Shown: positions 10,056 through 20,480 of the stretch, one piece after another
How the letters are laid out: the number at the start of each line of letters is the position of its first letter
How positions within the stretch are numbered: the first letter of the stretch is position 1
Assembly: GCA_049517415.1 (NCBI GenBank)
Contig: JBEKSC010000013.1
Coordinates: 1 to 64,000, forward strand
Direction: 5' to 3'
DNA: 64,000 nt
DNA from: Candidatus Bathyarchaeia archaeon
GTDB taxonomy: Archaea > Thermoproteota > Bathyarchaeia > 40CM-2-53-6
Position numbers and translations under genes: made by a program
Notes under the pieces: generated by a model
What the model was told of the DNA's origin: nothing
Databases searched by the model: none
What the model saw: only the letters and a program-made list of their open reading frames with translations

Positions 10056-11252
10056 TCAGTTTCCCTCATCGATTGGATTCCTCTGCACGGATCTCCACAC
10101 AATTTGTTTTCTATAGGATAAGAGTAGCCCTACTAGGAGATAGCATTGATGCACGACAAGGCTCCATAGTAGATTCAGCTTACCAATTTTCAATTTACTT
10201 CCGGCATACAGCGTAAGTAAGATTAGTGCTGCCCCGACAACCCAGTATACCGACACACCTACCAGCGTTACCAAAATCGCTACAAATCCCACCAAGGACA
10301 ATACTGGAGTAACGGTCATCATGAGCATACGAAGGGGAAAGATGAGATTGCCGAAGGCGCCGCATTTCTCACTAAAGAGCAAATCCTGATTCGAGCGAGC
10401 GGATTGGATCATTCTTGCGGCCCTTCGAGTTTTCTGTCGAACCTGTTCGCGAAGGTTCTCAGCAATGTGTTCATAGAAGAAAATGGTGGGTACGCATATG
10501 AACCGAAAACCTTGGCGAATGATCGATAGCGAAATATTTCCATCACTTGAACCATATGGAGGCATCGTCGGAAACATTGACTTTCTTGCAAGCAGGAATG
10601 TGGTATACCCTGGAAATGTAGAGTGAAGAGCACTTTCAGCGACAAACATTGCGTTATCCCAAAAATCTCTGTATGATTTCTCAATCTGGACTGCGGTCGT
10701 CTTCCCCAGTGACATCGGCATCATTCTTGCCGTGACGCCTCCGACGTCTCTAAACGCGGTTAGAATCTTGACCGCCTTCAGAAGTGCATCGTGATCAACC
10801 ATCGCATCAGAATCAGTTGTCGCAATTAGATCTCCCGTCGATTCCCGCAATCCCGCATTATAGCATCCATTGACTCCGGTTCTCTCGTTATTACTAACAA
10901 CCTTTCCGGGAAGACGTAGTTCCTTGAGCATACGTTCCGCGATCGCACGAGTATGATCGGTCGAAGAATCATCAATCAATATTACTTCGAATTTTGATAA
11001 AGGATATTCCATCATCGCAACATCTCGTAGCTTGGATTCGATTACTTCCTCTTCATTGTAGGCGGGGATGAGTATCGAAATCTTTGGTAGCGCATTACTG
11101 TCGAGAATTCGACTCATGACCTGAGCTAATTGCCGAAGATATTCGGACTTCTTGGGGGTTCTTACTACCATGAAAAAATAAGCCCCATAGATAGTCACGA
11201 CTATTACGAAGCATATTCCTGCGACAAATTCAGCTAATAGTATTGGAGTCAA
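10056..11252 (-). CDS. Membrane GT2 glycosyltransferase (CESA-like)
   Basis: IPAYNEE, DDSSTD, TDSD, QKTRR, N- and C-terminal TM helices. Confidence 0.9.
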   Translation of the reverse strand: MTPILLAEFVAGICFVIVVTIYGAYFFMVVRTPKKSEYLRQLAQVMSRILDSNALPKISILIPAYNEEEVIESKLRDVAMMEYPLSKFEVILIDDSSTDHTRAIAERMLKELRLPGKVVSNNERTGVNGCYNAGLRESTGDLIATTDSDAMVDHDALLKAVKILTAFRDVGGVTARMMPMSLGKTTAVQIEKSYRDFWDNAMFVAESALHSTFPGYTTFLLARKSMFPTMPPYGSSDGNISLSIIRQGFRFICVPTIFFYEHIAENLREQVRQKTRRAARMIQSARSNQDLLFSEKCGAFGNLIFPLRMLMMTVTPVLSLVGFVAILVTLVGVSVYWVVGAALILLTLYAGSKLKIGKLNLLWSLVVHQCYLLVGLLLSYRKQIVWRSVQRNPIDEGN

Positions 11253-11278
11253 GTCTATGTGCTCAGTTCATAGTTGCG

Positions 11279-11542
11279 CTAAGGTCGTTCCAGTAAGACT
11301 CTGGCGTGCCTACGTCTATCCGCGTTTCGTGAGATCAAGCTCCACGGCATAGATTTTGCCTCCGTCGCTGAGTTATCTAGGGCGTTTTCAAGTGATGTTG
11401 TTGCGGTCAGGCCGTCTTTTCGAAGTTGATCGACCCTTGCTGTCGAGATGTCGTAGAATTTGAGTTCATGCTCGAGCTGTAGCAGGCCTCTTCCAACGCA
11501 TGTTCCTACTACACCGGCGCCTAGTATGCTGACCTTAGTCAC
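11279..11542 (-). pseudogene. Truncated UDP-glucose/GDP-mannose dehydrogenase (NAD-binding N-terminus only)
   Basis: KVSILGAGVVG...FYDIS..RVDQL Rossmann start, unrelated tail after ~58 aa. Confidence 0.65.
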
Positions 11543-12474
11543 TGTAAGCGCCTCTTTCCGACAACGTGCTGGTGTGAGGTTGATTCTTGAACCATGCCTC
11601 GGAGTTTCGCAAATGTGTCCCGAGCATGCTCCTCAGATGATACCCCTACAGCTACACCAAAGAGTTTTGTCAGGCCAGAGATGTAGCTGACGGCTTCATC
11701 CAACTTCGAGTAGCCTCCTGCCATGATGCTCATTGCTATAACGTCGCCTCCATCTAGAGCCGAGAGGCAGTCTTCGCACGATTGCCGTGATTGACTCATC
11801 TGGTATCCGATACTATTGAAAGGCGTCATGATGGTCATGTCTTTCAACGCTAGTCCTGCTTGTCGGAAGACCTCCACAAATCGGACAAGGTTGTACGTGA
11901 CAAATCCCGGGCTAGCATGATAGCTTTCCCGTATGTGTTGTGCAAACGCGCCCAACATACGTACGTTACGGAGCCCTAAGCAGAGATCAGTAACCACCTC
12001 ATGTAACAGGACGCTTCGGATGTTACTGTTTTCTGGCTTGACGTTGAGGTAGGGTTGCAATTCCAAGTCAAGGTATGATTTCATCAACCCGATTGGGTCC
12101 AATCTCAATGCAGAAAAACCGGTCTCGAGTACACTCCTTGCCCTATCCAAGACAGGTAGCTTGCTCAAAGTCTCGTTGACGAGGCCTCTCATGCCTTTCT
12201 CATTAGCGAGCCGGACGTAACCCTGTGCATACGGCAACACAGGGTACAATTCAAATTCATCCTTCAAAATGTCTGATTGCTTCAGCTCAGCTAAGATCTG
12301 TAGGTTAATGGAGTGCGTCGAGAACGTGTATCCTGAAGCCCCAGCTTCGGCCGCAGCCTCAATTATATTCACAATCGAAGCTACATCCAGCTTTTCCGCT
12401 CTTTCTCTCGCCCTATCCTGGGAGAGGTGACTGACGCCTATGAAACTGTTGTCTCCAACAAGAAGAGTCTTCAG
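11539..12474 (-). CDS. Conserved hypothetical protein (probable TIM-barrel), CTG start
   Basis: ORF 11539-12372 extends in frame to LKTLLVGDNSFIGVSHLSQ; in-frame stop at 12487-12489 bounds it; AAGGGGA lies just upstream of the CTG at 12474. Confidence 0.75.
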   Translation of the reverse strand: MKTLLVGDNSFIGVSHLSQDRARERAEKLDVASIVNIIEAAAEAGASGYTFSTHSINLQILAELKQSDILKDEFELYPVLPYAQGYVRLANEKGMRGLVNETLSKLPVLDRARSVLETGFSALRLDPIGLMKSYLDLELQPYLNVKPENSNIRSVLLHEVVTDLCLGLRNVRMLGAFAQHIRESYHASPGFVTYNLVRFVEVFRQAGLALKDMTIMTPFNSIGYQMSQSRQSCEDCLSALDGGDVIAMSIMAGGYSKLDEAVSYISGLTKLFGVAVGVSSEEHARDTFAKLRGMVQESTSHQHVVGKRRLQ

Positions 12475-12486
12475 AATGTTGTCCCC

Positions 12487-13482
12487 TTACGTTGCGTTTG
12501 CAAGAATTCTGTCAATGAGGGCGTTGACCTTAGCGGCCTGAACGAAATTCGAATCAGGGGAGACTTGAGTGCGAACAGCTTCGAGAAAAGCGACGTCTTC
12601 CAAAGCATATTCTGGATCGGTGAGAAGAAATGGTGTTGAAACTTGGAAAGACTGCCGATTATAAGTGCGGCTTCCGCCGCGACTGTTTTGCTGGCCCGAT
12701 GAAACCTTGACAAAATCGTCAGTAACTGTCATTATGCCATCTTTCCCGTAGATCTGAAGCAGTAGTTCTGGGAGTCGGTAGCTACTCAGGCTCCAGCAGA
12801 TATCCATGTGCCCTTGCAATCCCGAAGCGTAGGAGAAGAGTGCGTGAACGTAGTCGTCGACGGAGCTAGAGTAGATTTTTTTCTTCACTGCCAGTACAGA
12901 GGCGGGTTCCCCGAAGAACCATATTAGAGTGTCCAACAAGTGTGGGGCGGAATCGAGCAGGACTCCACCCGAACGCTTCTTCGACCTCCATCCACTTCCT
13001 TCGCGAAGTACGTCCGAGGACAGGAAGTATGACCTGAAAAAGATGGGCTCTCCGACGGCGTTCTCCGTTAACAAGCTGCTTGCCTTCTGAAAAATCGGAG
13101 AGAACCGCCGTTGAAATCCGACCATATTTACCCCGGAGGAATGGCTTGCGGCTTCGCACGCTGCCTTTGCTTCATTGTAGGAAGACGCGAGCGGTTTTTC
13201 GACAAACATATTCAAGTTTGATTTCACCCGAAAGGATTCATTGATTATGGGAACGTGGGCGTCAATAGGCGTTGTCACGAAGAGGGTGTCTGGGTCCTCT
13301 TCCAAAATCATTTTGTCGACATCCCTGTAGACCGATATTTCTTTCGGAAGCAGCGCTTTGGCGGCGGTGGAGAGAAAGAAGTCAGCCTCACAGACAGACG
13401 TGACCCTGGCGTCTGGGAGTGAATTGACAATGCCTGCATGGAGCAGCCCCATTTTCCCCAGGCCAATAACACTGATCTTCAT
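12487..13482 (-). CDS. Gfo/Idh/MocA oxidoreductase
   Basis: GLGKMG, VEKP, GFQRRF, GGVLLD..PH. Confidence 0.9.
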   Translation of the reverse strand: MKISVIGLGKMGLLHAGIVNSLPDARVTSVCEADFFLSTAAKALLPKEISVYRDVDKMILEEDPDTLFVTTPIDAHVPIINESFRVKSNLNMFVEKPLASSYNEAKAACEAASHSSGVNMVGFQRRFSPIFQKASSLLTENAVGEPIFFRSYFLSSDVLREGSGWRSKKRSGGVLLDSAPHLLDTLIWFFGEPASVLAVKKKIYSSSVDDYVHALFSYASGLQGHMDICWSLSSYRLPELLLQIYGKDGIMTVTDDFVKVSSGQQNSRGGSRTYNRQSFQVSTPFLLTDPEYALEDVAFLEAVRTQVSPDSNFVQAAKVNALIDRILANAT

Positions 13483-13534
13483 TCGATTATCCCCTTACGG
13501 AGGGCAACGCCGGAACAAGTCGCTGTTGTTTCAA

Positions 13535-14560
13535 TTATGGATTACCTGAAGGCTTCAATCCGGAGAACAGCTCGCCTAGTATCGTCTTCGCGATACTTAG
13601 ACTATCACGAAAACCACGCAGCTTAGAGTTCCCGTGGCGCCTCTTTAGTTCGATGCTGGGGGTTTCTACAACTTTCAGGCCAAGCTTCCTTGCCTTGATG
13701 CAGATTTCTGTTTCGATCTGAAATTTCTTCGATTCCAATAGTGGCACCAGTTTCCGCACCGCATCCCGCCTAAAGGCCATGAATCCGTAGCATAGGTCCG
13801 TGTATTCTCCAGACCAAGCGTGGTTCACTACGGAGATGAAGACCTTGTTGCCGATCTTGCGGATGAAGCTGAGGTCGGTTGATCCGCCTCCCTTTAGAAA
13901 ACGAGATCCCTTCGCTATGTCTGCCCCATTTGCGATGGCCCCAATAAGTGCAGGAATCTCTTCGGGTCGATTAGAGCCATCTGCGTCCATAATTACAACT
14001 ATGTCGCTGGCATGGTCGCCCTCGAATGCCTGGCGTAGGGCATCTCCCTTTCCAGTCCCTTTTTGGAGTATGATACTGGCACCTAGCGCGGTGGCGGCAT
14101 CGACGGTTGCATCCACGCTGCCTCCATCAACCACCGTGATCTCAGCCATATTCGGGACGATTGCCGCTAAATTCTTCAGCAGGGCTGCGATGTTCTCCGC
14201 TTCGTTTAGTGCAGGTATTAGTAGAGATACACGAGCCATGTGCCGTTGTTCGAGCAGTGTTATGAGCTTCAAGCTGGCTAGAAGCGTAAATGTCTGCTGT
14301 CTGGTGAAGGTAGCCGAATCTAACCTCAGATCTGGGATCGTATCCCTTGGTGACTCCCATTCATCCCGGATATTTTCGTAGTCCGCAATGAATTGTAAGC
14401 CTGTGGGGGTCACTTCATACGCCGCTCGCAATCCATCGGTTGACACGATTTTTCTGATAAGCCCCATTTTCAGAAGATGGGAGAGGAGTGCGCTATTGAC
14501 TTCTGCTTCCTTTACCTCGGCGCTTTGAATGGGCATTTCCGCAGAACTTTCCACAATCAT
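13535..14560 (-). CDS. DPM1-like GT2 with an N-terminal partial winged-helix segment
   Basis: IPALNE, DGGSVD, MDADGS, KGSRF; N-terminal L..L.KMGLI...YEVTPTG. Confidence 0.8.
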   Translation of the reverse strand: MIVESSAEMPIQSAEVKEAEVNSALLSHLLKMGLIRKIVSTDGLRAAYEVTPTGLQFIADYENIRDEWESPRDTIPDLRLDSATFTRQQTFTLLASLKLITLLEQRHMARVSLLIPALNEAENIAALLKNLAAIVPNMAEITVVDGGSVDATVDAATALGASIILQKGTGKGDALRQAFEGDHASDIVVIMDADGSNRPEEIPALIGAIANGADIAKGSRFLKGGGSTDLSFIRKIGNKVFISVVNHAWSGEYTDLCYGFMAFRRDAVRKLVPLLESKKFQIETEICIKARKLGLKVVETPSIELKRRHGNSKLRGFRDSLSIAKTILGELFSGLKPSGNP

Positions 14561-14988
14561 GGCTGTGAGTTAACCCCCAAATAGAAAACGTAGGCGGCGT
14601 CATGCAACCATTCTCTCACTTGAGGAGCCCAATCGAAAACCCCGCCCCGATTGTTATAATTCAGCAGGAGTCTGGCTCTTTCTTTGCCGGCGGCTGTGAT
14701 GCGGCTCCGAATGCTTCCATGCAGATGTCGCATTATCTCTAGAACCTGCGTAACTAATCCCCTGTTTACGATACATCCCCGTACCTTTGCGATCCAGAGA
14801 GCGCATCGGTACAGCGCCTTCTCCGCAGAACCAATCAGGAACCAGCGGCCGCTTCTGAGGCTTTTGCGCCATAATGTGGATAGAATACCGAAGCCAATTG
14901 AAGAAGTGCCTTCAGAGAGCGTTTCGCTCGGTGATCTCCGCGGTCGGGTCATGAAACTTGAGGCTGTTGAGTTAGGAACAGACCTCAT
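14557..14988 (-). CDS. Hypothetical basic protein
   Basis: 143-aa ORF with ATGA overlap to the next gene, suggesting translational coupling. Confidence 0.6.
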   Translation of the reverse strand: MRSVPNSTASSFMTRPRRSPSETLSEGTSSIGFGILSTLWRKSLRSGRWFLIGSAEKALYRCALWIAKVRGCIVNRGLVTQVLEIMRHLHGSIRSRITAAGKERARLLLNYNNRGGVFDWAPQVREWLHDAAYVFYLGVNSQP

Positions 14989-15135
14989 TTTTCAATCAGC
15001 AGGAGTGTCACCGCTGCAATCTGCTTATGTGGTTTTGCGAACTTCCCTCTGTAATCCTGAACTAGAACAAATGCCATCGATTTCTAGCTTCAAACAGCAA
15101 TCCGTCTATAAAGGGAATCAGACAACTACGACCGA

Positions 15136-16350
15136 TTGAAATATGCTCGGAGCACTGTACCGGCCTGCATTGACCCACCAACTGCGGCCCACATCCGGTT
15201 CAATGGAATTTACAAGTGGTCAGGGACGAGGGACCTTTGGTGCTCCAGGGGACGCTGGAGTTGGCGGATCAATCCAGCGGAACGTAAGTATCCAATAATG
15301 CATTCGAATCACATCATAATGGATTGTCTGGGTTTGCAGGAGCTAAAATGCGAGGCATGCGGTAATCGCCCAGCAATGAGTAACGACATCCTCTGCCGAG
15401 AATGCTCTGAAAAGTATGCGGCCCTCCTGCAGTCAGCTAGGAGTAAGACAGGTGAAATTTTCCGCACCATGGCCGGCTCAACGGAACAGGAAATTGTCAC
15501 CCTGTCCGACTGGAACGCTGGCCAGGGCACTCAGACTTTACTTAGACATCCCATCTCAGAGAATCTGCCCGAACTCATTCATGAACAGATCCCTCTCCAG
15601 CCCAAGCATTTCGCCCAACTGGTCGGTTACCTCCTTCTAGGGTTCGGGTTCGTTGCTCTCACGGCTTCAATCTTGGTTGCATCAACTATCTTGACCTTTA
15701 TCGGTCTCGGCCTGGTCTTCTGGGGAGTGCTCACATTCTTCGTTCAGCCGCAGAAATATGTGAGGTCCGATTTGATGAATGCGACGGCAATGTCGACGCT
15801 GAGTACTATTGACAGAATAATGATCGGGTTAGGTTACCGCGAGCAGGGCGTCTATATTCCCGTAGGTAAGGAGAAGACGGTCGTTTTCGTTCCGTCTGAG
15901 CCTTTCTCAAGAATACCTGAGGGCGCCGCCATTGAAGGGAAGACCTTTCTCAGTAACCCTCAAGGCATGCTAGTCGCTCCACCCGGTCTTGCACTTGCAA
16001 GTTTGATTGAAAAGAAGCTTGACTTCACACTAAGGAATGCAGGAGTTGAAGCACTAGTGCGTGCCCTCCCGAAGGCGTTGGTGGAGGATCTTGAGATTTC
16101 TCGAGATGTTGAAATCCAAGTGGCAGGCGACAAAATCAAAATCAAACTCATTGATTCCATTTATGATGACTTTTGCAAGGAAATGCGCGAAACAAGTAGA
16201 CGCTGTGGGTTCGGGTGCCCCATGTGTAGTGCTCTAGCGTGTGTTATAGCCACTGCGTCTGGCAAACCAGTCATGGTTGAGGAAGAGGAGTCTTCGCACA
16301 AGGGAGAAACCTTATCGTCCTTCCAGTTGATTAACGAGCAGAGGTTGTAA
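15136..16350 (+). CDS. Membrane protein with N-terminal Zn finger and C-terminal V4R-like domain (true start probably ~15298-15319)
   Basis: CEAC...CREC, two TM helices, C..GCPMCSALAC. Confidence 0.65.
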   Translation: MKYARSTVPACIDPPTAAHIRFNGIYKWSGTRDLWCSRGRWSWRINPAERKYPIMHSNHIIMDCLGLQELKCEACGNRPAMSNDILCRECSEKYAALLQSARSKTGEIFRTMAGSTEQEIVTLSDWNAGQGTQTLLRHPISENLPELIHEQIPLQPKHFAQLVGYLLLGFGFVALTASILVASTILTFIGLGLVFWGVLTFFVQPQKYVRSDLMNATAMSTLSTIDRIMIGLGYREQGVYIPVGKEKTVVFVPSEPFSRIPEGAAIEGKTFLSNPQGMLVAPPGLALASLIEKKLDFTLRNAGVEALVRALPKALVEDLEISRDVEIQVAGDKIKIKLIDSIYDDFCKEMRETSRRCGFGCPMCSALACVIATASGKPVMVEEEESSHKGETLSSFQLINEQRL

Positions 16351-16375
16351 GCTTCCACCAGAATGAGTCTGCGCA

Positions 16376-17644
16376 ATGAGGCTACTCTCTCTTTCAACAA
16401 TAATCATCCTCGCCCTTGCCATTCTACTGATTAGAATCGCTCCGGTGAGCGCTACAGTGCTAGTCTATGATCATGGGTTCGCGAAGGGAATCGAGTACGC
16501 TCCACGAAACGGTAACGTGATCCCGATCAACAAGACGTCAGTCTTCACTCAAGACGACCTTAGAGTCTACGCTTACGTGACCGTTGCCTTGTACAATGCC
16601 AGCTTTACGTGGCAATGGTTTGACCCTTCGGGGCAGTTGTATCTTAACCGCACGAATTTTGTGCAATGTCAGGCATCCCCGTGCACATTTGTTTTCTATT
16701 CATTTTTCGTGGCGGGTAGGCCTGCCGCGGCTAGGGCGGGCACTTGGAGGCTGGACCTACTGGCGGACGGTTACCGACTCTACTCTGATTACTTTTCAAT
16801 ACTCCCAGTCCTCACGCAAGATAACTACTGGAATTTCGGAATAACGCAGTCCGCGCCGCCAATTGTTCACGGAAACTTGACGGTGACAATCCACCCTAAC
16901 AATCAGACCTGGCAGTATTATTCGATCTTTCTTCCTGGTGCTGTGAACATAACTGCCACCGACCTCGCGACGAACAGTCCATTGCAAGTAACGACCTTCG
17001 TCAACAGCAGTCGGATCATCGTTGACTTCGGGAAAGCGCAGTCCAACGGTTACATGTTTGTGATTAACTTCTACATGCTCTACGCGCTCGATGATCTTGG
17101 TGGATACGGTTCAGGGAATTTCGCTTTCACATGGCAGGAGTACTCATGGCAGAGGAGCAATGATTACCACACTATTCCAGAGAAGTTCACCATATCCCTG
17201 CCTCCGAATTCAACATTCGTAGATATCGTCGGCTCGAATGTTCTATCACTCAGTCCGCAAGTAAGTGGCGGCGGCGCACCTGTGGTATCCTTTGACTCCC
17301 CAGCTTCAACGACACACCGCTTTGGTTGGACAGTGTTCTATCACGATTACACCTATCGGAATTCCCACCCTAGTCCAACATCAAGTAGCAACGGCGGGTT
17401 AGCTTTGATCTCAAATCTGCCGATACCTATTCTTCCCTTGACTCTGGGCAGCGCGGGTCTGTGGACAGCGGTCATGTCAGTTTTCCTGCTAACCGCCTCC
17501 GAACTCCTATCACCCATCTATTCCAAAACGGGCGTGTTGATTAATCGTAAACGGCTTCGAATTGCAGCGCTTGTTCTCGTAAGCATTTTCATCATAACCA
17601 CTGCCTATCAGATATTCGCGTCGCAGGCTCTCGTTTCCAAATAG
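16376..17644 (+). CDS. Secreted/membrane-anchored beta-rich hypothetical protein
   Basis: Signal peptide, WFDPSG Ig-like segment, many N-x-S/T sequons, C-terminal TM helices. Confidence 0.7.
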   Translation: MRLLSLSTIIILALAILLIRIAPVSATVLVYDHGFAKGIEYAPRNGNVIPINKTSVFTQDDLRVYAYVTVALYNASFTWQWFDPSGQLYLNRTNFVQCQASPCTFVFYSFFVAGRPAAARAGTWRLDLLADGYRLYSDYFSILPVLTQDNYWNFGITQSAPPIVHGNLTVTIHPNNQTWQYYSIFLPGAVNITATDLATNSPLQVTTFVNSSRIIVDFGKAQSNGYMFVINFYMLYALDDLGGYGSGNFAFTWQEYSWQRSNDYHTIPEKFTISLPPNSTFVDIVGSNVLSLSPQVSGGGAPVVSFDSPASTTHRFGWTVFYHDYTYRNSHPSPTSSSNGGLALISNLPIPILPLTLGSAGLWTAVMSVFLLTASELLSPIYSKTGVLINRKRLRIAALVLVSIFIITTAYQIFASQALVSK

Positions 17645-17664
17645 AGCTCGTGGTTAGGCGGGTC

Positions 17665-18309
17665 TTAGATTCGCCTTGGGAAAAATAGTAACCCGAAGGC
17701 CGCGGCGCCGAGGAGGGCTAGGGAAAGGAGGACTTCTAGGAGGGGGGATTGTTGTGTAGGTTGAGTTGTGCTAACGGCTACTTTGGTCTCCTTGAGTGAT
17801 TCAGGCGATACAGCTGGCGCAGACTGGGTAGGACCAGGGCTTGAGCTGCTGCTCGGTATCTGGTCTGAAGGTGAGCTTACCGGTGCCTTACCTGAAGAAG
17901 CATAAGTCCCAATTTGCGTGTCAGCACTTGGAAATATCCTGCCATTTTCGTCAGCGAGACTACCTGCCTGCACGAAAATTGTAATGCTTCCAGTTAGGGT
18001 TGCGGGTGGCGTGAACGTGTACGCATACGTTCCAGGGGCAGTCTGCTTCAATGATGCTGTCACAGTTGTGCATGACGCGGCGCATAACTCCAAGGTTACT
18101 GTACCGGAGTTTAGAACGGCTGGTTTGCCATCCGGGTAGTGCACAGTCAAGATACTAGAGTAGAGGCTAGGGGAGGCTAAAGCGGGAGAGCCCGTGGTGG
18201 TTCCAATCAATGGTGCAGCTATCGGATAATCTCCGCTGCCGAAGACCGAGGCTACGGGTAAGGCGAAAAGAACGAGTAGCGTTATGGCGGTTAGCTTCAG
18301 AGCCTTCAT
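17665..18309 (-). CDS. Surface protein with Ser/Pro/Thr linker and C-terminal TM anchor
   Basis: Signal peptide, Ig-like segment, S/P/T-rich linker, TM followed by RR. Confidence 0.75.
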   Translation of the reverse strand: MKALKLTAITLLVLFALPVASVFGSGDYPIAAPLIGTTTGSPALASPSLYSSILTVHYPDGKPAVLNSGTVTLELCAASCTTVTASLKQTAPGTYAYTFTPPATLTGSITIFVQAGSLADENGRIFPSADTQIGTYASSGKAPVSSPSDQIPSSSSSPGPTQSAPAVSPESLKETKVAVSTTQPTQQSPLLEVLLSLALLGAAAFGLLFFPRRI

Positions 18310-18376
18310 TCGCGTCGAGGAAGATGCGTTTCTTTCAGTATATATGGCATATGGTTGGCCGATACAGAGCAGGAGC

Positions 18377-20353
18377 CTACTGTGCTCCCACTGGTCCGAA
18401 AAGGCTGTGGGGGTCCAGGAGCAATGGGTAGAGGCTGCGGAAGGCGGCGTTAACCAAGAGAAGGATCAGAATCGCCGCAAGAAAGGTTCGCGCGGTCTGA
18501 TACCTCGGAAACCTGAATTCAACCACTATGACCGCAACAACAACGCCCGTTAAGATTGCCAACCGAACGAGAGGGTCTTCGAAGAGGAACAGGCCCGCAC
18601 TGACAGCAACCAACGCCAAAGAGGCGAGGTACGATTTCAGAGGCCATTTCTCTCCTAAGCTTGGGGTTTGCCACCGCTTCGAAATGTCCAGGCATTTCTC
18701 CAAGCCTAAAGCAAGGAGGATTGGAAGCGGTGAAACGTACAGCATTCGCCAGAGCCCCGTTTCGCTCAACCCGGGGTTGATGGGGTTGTATCCGGATGGG
18801 GCAACGAGGATTGACCCAATAAACCAAGTAACGATCCAGGCCACCACATAGTTTCTTGCCCCTCCCTGCCTTCCAGAAAGGCTGTAGACGCCGATTAGGC
18901 TGAGGAGAAGGAGGAGGGGCGGAATGAAAGGAGTCCAATTCACAAATAGCTCCTGCATCGCACCCCCGAAGGACAGCAGGCTACCTGGCTGGATAACTGG
19001 CGAAGCGTACAAGCCGACCGTGTTCAGCCAATCATACCTTAGATTGGGAAAGGCTTCGTAACCTAGTGCGCCCACTGGTAGGGCAATAATGATTGCTGCG
19101 AGCGCGCTTCGTATTGACCGGTCCTTCCATGAAGTGCGCCAAGAAACGGGGACGGTTATCAGCAGGGTTGCGGCGAAGACTCCCCAGGTCCATGGATGGA
19201 TTACGAGGATAGTGAGAGAGATCAACCCTCCTGCAACGAATGTTATCAGGTTCCAGCTCCCGCTCTGAAAGTAGAGTGCGAGAAAGAGCATCCACAGCAA
19301 GTACGCAATCCAGTTGGCTTGAATTCCCGCGTAGATCCCAAGCGTCGTTGGCAACCAAAGCAGCGTGCATATTGCTGAAAGGATTGCAAGTTCATGATTC
19401 CACCCTCCCTTAAGGATCGCTAGGAAGACTGTTGAGGCTGTTGCGATGGCGAGAATTAGTGGAGCAAATTTCACGATTGAGAAGGCACTCATGCGCGTTG
19501 CAAGCTCTATGAGGTAAAGGAACCCAACGTACAATCCGTGTGTGTACGACGTAGCGAACGCTTGGTATAGTGTGAGGCTGGCTAGGGCGTTCAGCGGGTT
19601 CAGGTATCTCCAGTACGAATCGACGCCAACAATCCATGCCTGCCCCGCCAGGTACGGGTAGAAGAATATGATTATGGCTAGAATCGCGAACAGGTCCAGC
19701 GATGCAGCCAGCACTCTAACGTTAGGCTTGGTCTTAGCGGTTGGTTCATATCGAATAACTAATGGTTTGCGACGAAAACGTACTGTTAGGGGTACCCAGG
19801 AGAAGAGAAGCAGAAGCATCAGGCCGATGGCTAATGGAAAAAGCGAAAAGGTCAGGTTCAGTTCAAGCTCCTGAGATAGCAACCCCAACTGTCCGTGCGG
19901 GTTGAGCGCGGCACCGACCCAATAGTACAGGGACGACGACTCAATGAGAAGAAAAATGCTCAACGCAGGAGCCAAGACGTTACCTACTGCAAGTCCGCGC
20001 AGGTCAGACTTTGAAACGCTCAAAATGACACCGAAGGCAACGGTCGCGTAGAGTATCACAGCCGCATACTCTACGCCAAGAACCGTGAGTGATAAGGCAG
20101 CTATCCAGATTGTGAGAATCCCGATTAATCCCGACTTGGACAATTTTGATTTATTGAGTACAAGTATAGTCGGAACCGATACGCTCGATGCTAAGAAGAG
20201 GTAGAGGTCGTAGGTGGCTGATGTTAGAATCGTTTGCGTTACGTGCGGGTAGTATAGGTAGAATGGAACTTGAACCGAATTCAAAAGTACGAGTAGCCCT
20301 ATTCCCAAGCTCACTCCGCTGATGCAACGCGATAGCTTCGCCGCGAACTCCAT
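18377..20353 (-). CDS. Polytopic membrane protein, possibly GT-C-like
   Basis: 658 aa, mostly hydrophobic, GVDSYWRY loop motif, HPWTW. Confidence 0.65.
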   Translation of the reverse strand: MEFAAKLSRCISGVSLGIGLLVLLNSVQVPFYLYYPHVTQTILTSATYDLYLFLASSVSVPTILVLNKSKLSKSGLIGILTIWIAALSLTVLGVEYAAVILYATVAFGVILSVSKSDLRGLAVGNVLAPALSIFLLIESSSLYYWVGAALNPHGQLGLLSQELELNLTFSLFPLAIGLMLLLLFSWVPLTVRFRRKPLVIRYEPTAKTKPNVRVLAASLDLFAILAIIIFFYPYLAGQAWIVGVDSYWRYLNPLNALASLTLYQAFATSYTHGLYVGFLYLIELATRMSAFSIVKFAPLILAIATASTVFLAILKGGWNHELAILSAICTLLWLPTTLGIYAGIQANWIAYLLWMLFLALYFQSGSWNLITFVAGGLISLTILVIHPWTWGVFAATLLITVPVSWRTSWKDRSIRSALAAIIIALPVGALGYEAFPNLRYDWLNTVGLYASPVIQPGSLLSFGGAMQELFVNWTPFIPPLLLLLSLIGVYSLSGRQGGARNYVVAWIVTWFIGSILVAPSGYNPINPGLSETGLWRMLYVSPLPILLALGLEKCLDISKRWQTPSLGEKWPLKSYLASLALVAVSAGLFLFEDPLVRLAILTGVVVAVIVVEFRFPRYQTARTFLAAILILLLVNAAFRSLYPLLLDPHSLFGPVGAQ

Positions 20354-20480
20354 GTTCAGTGTTCGTAGGTTTTGTTCGCTTTGAAGCTATCGTTATCGGC
20401 GTGTAAGGGGGCATCAGCTCGCGACGCGTCAGGTGGAAGCGGCCGGGGGCTAATCCAAGGCGCCTGCAGAGGGGCGTCCC

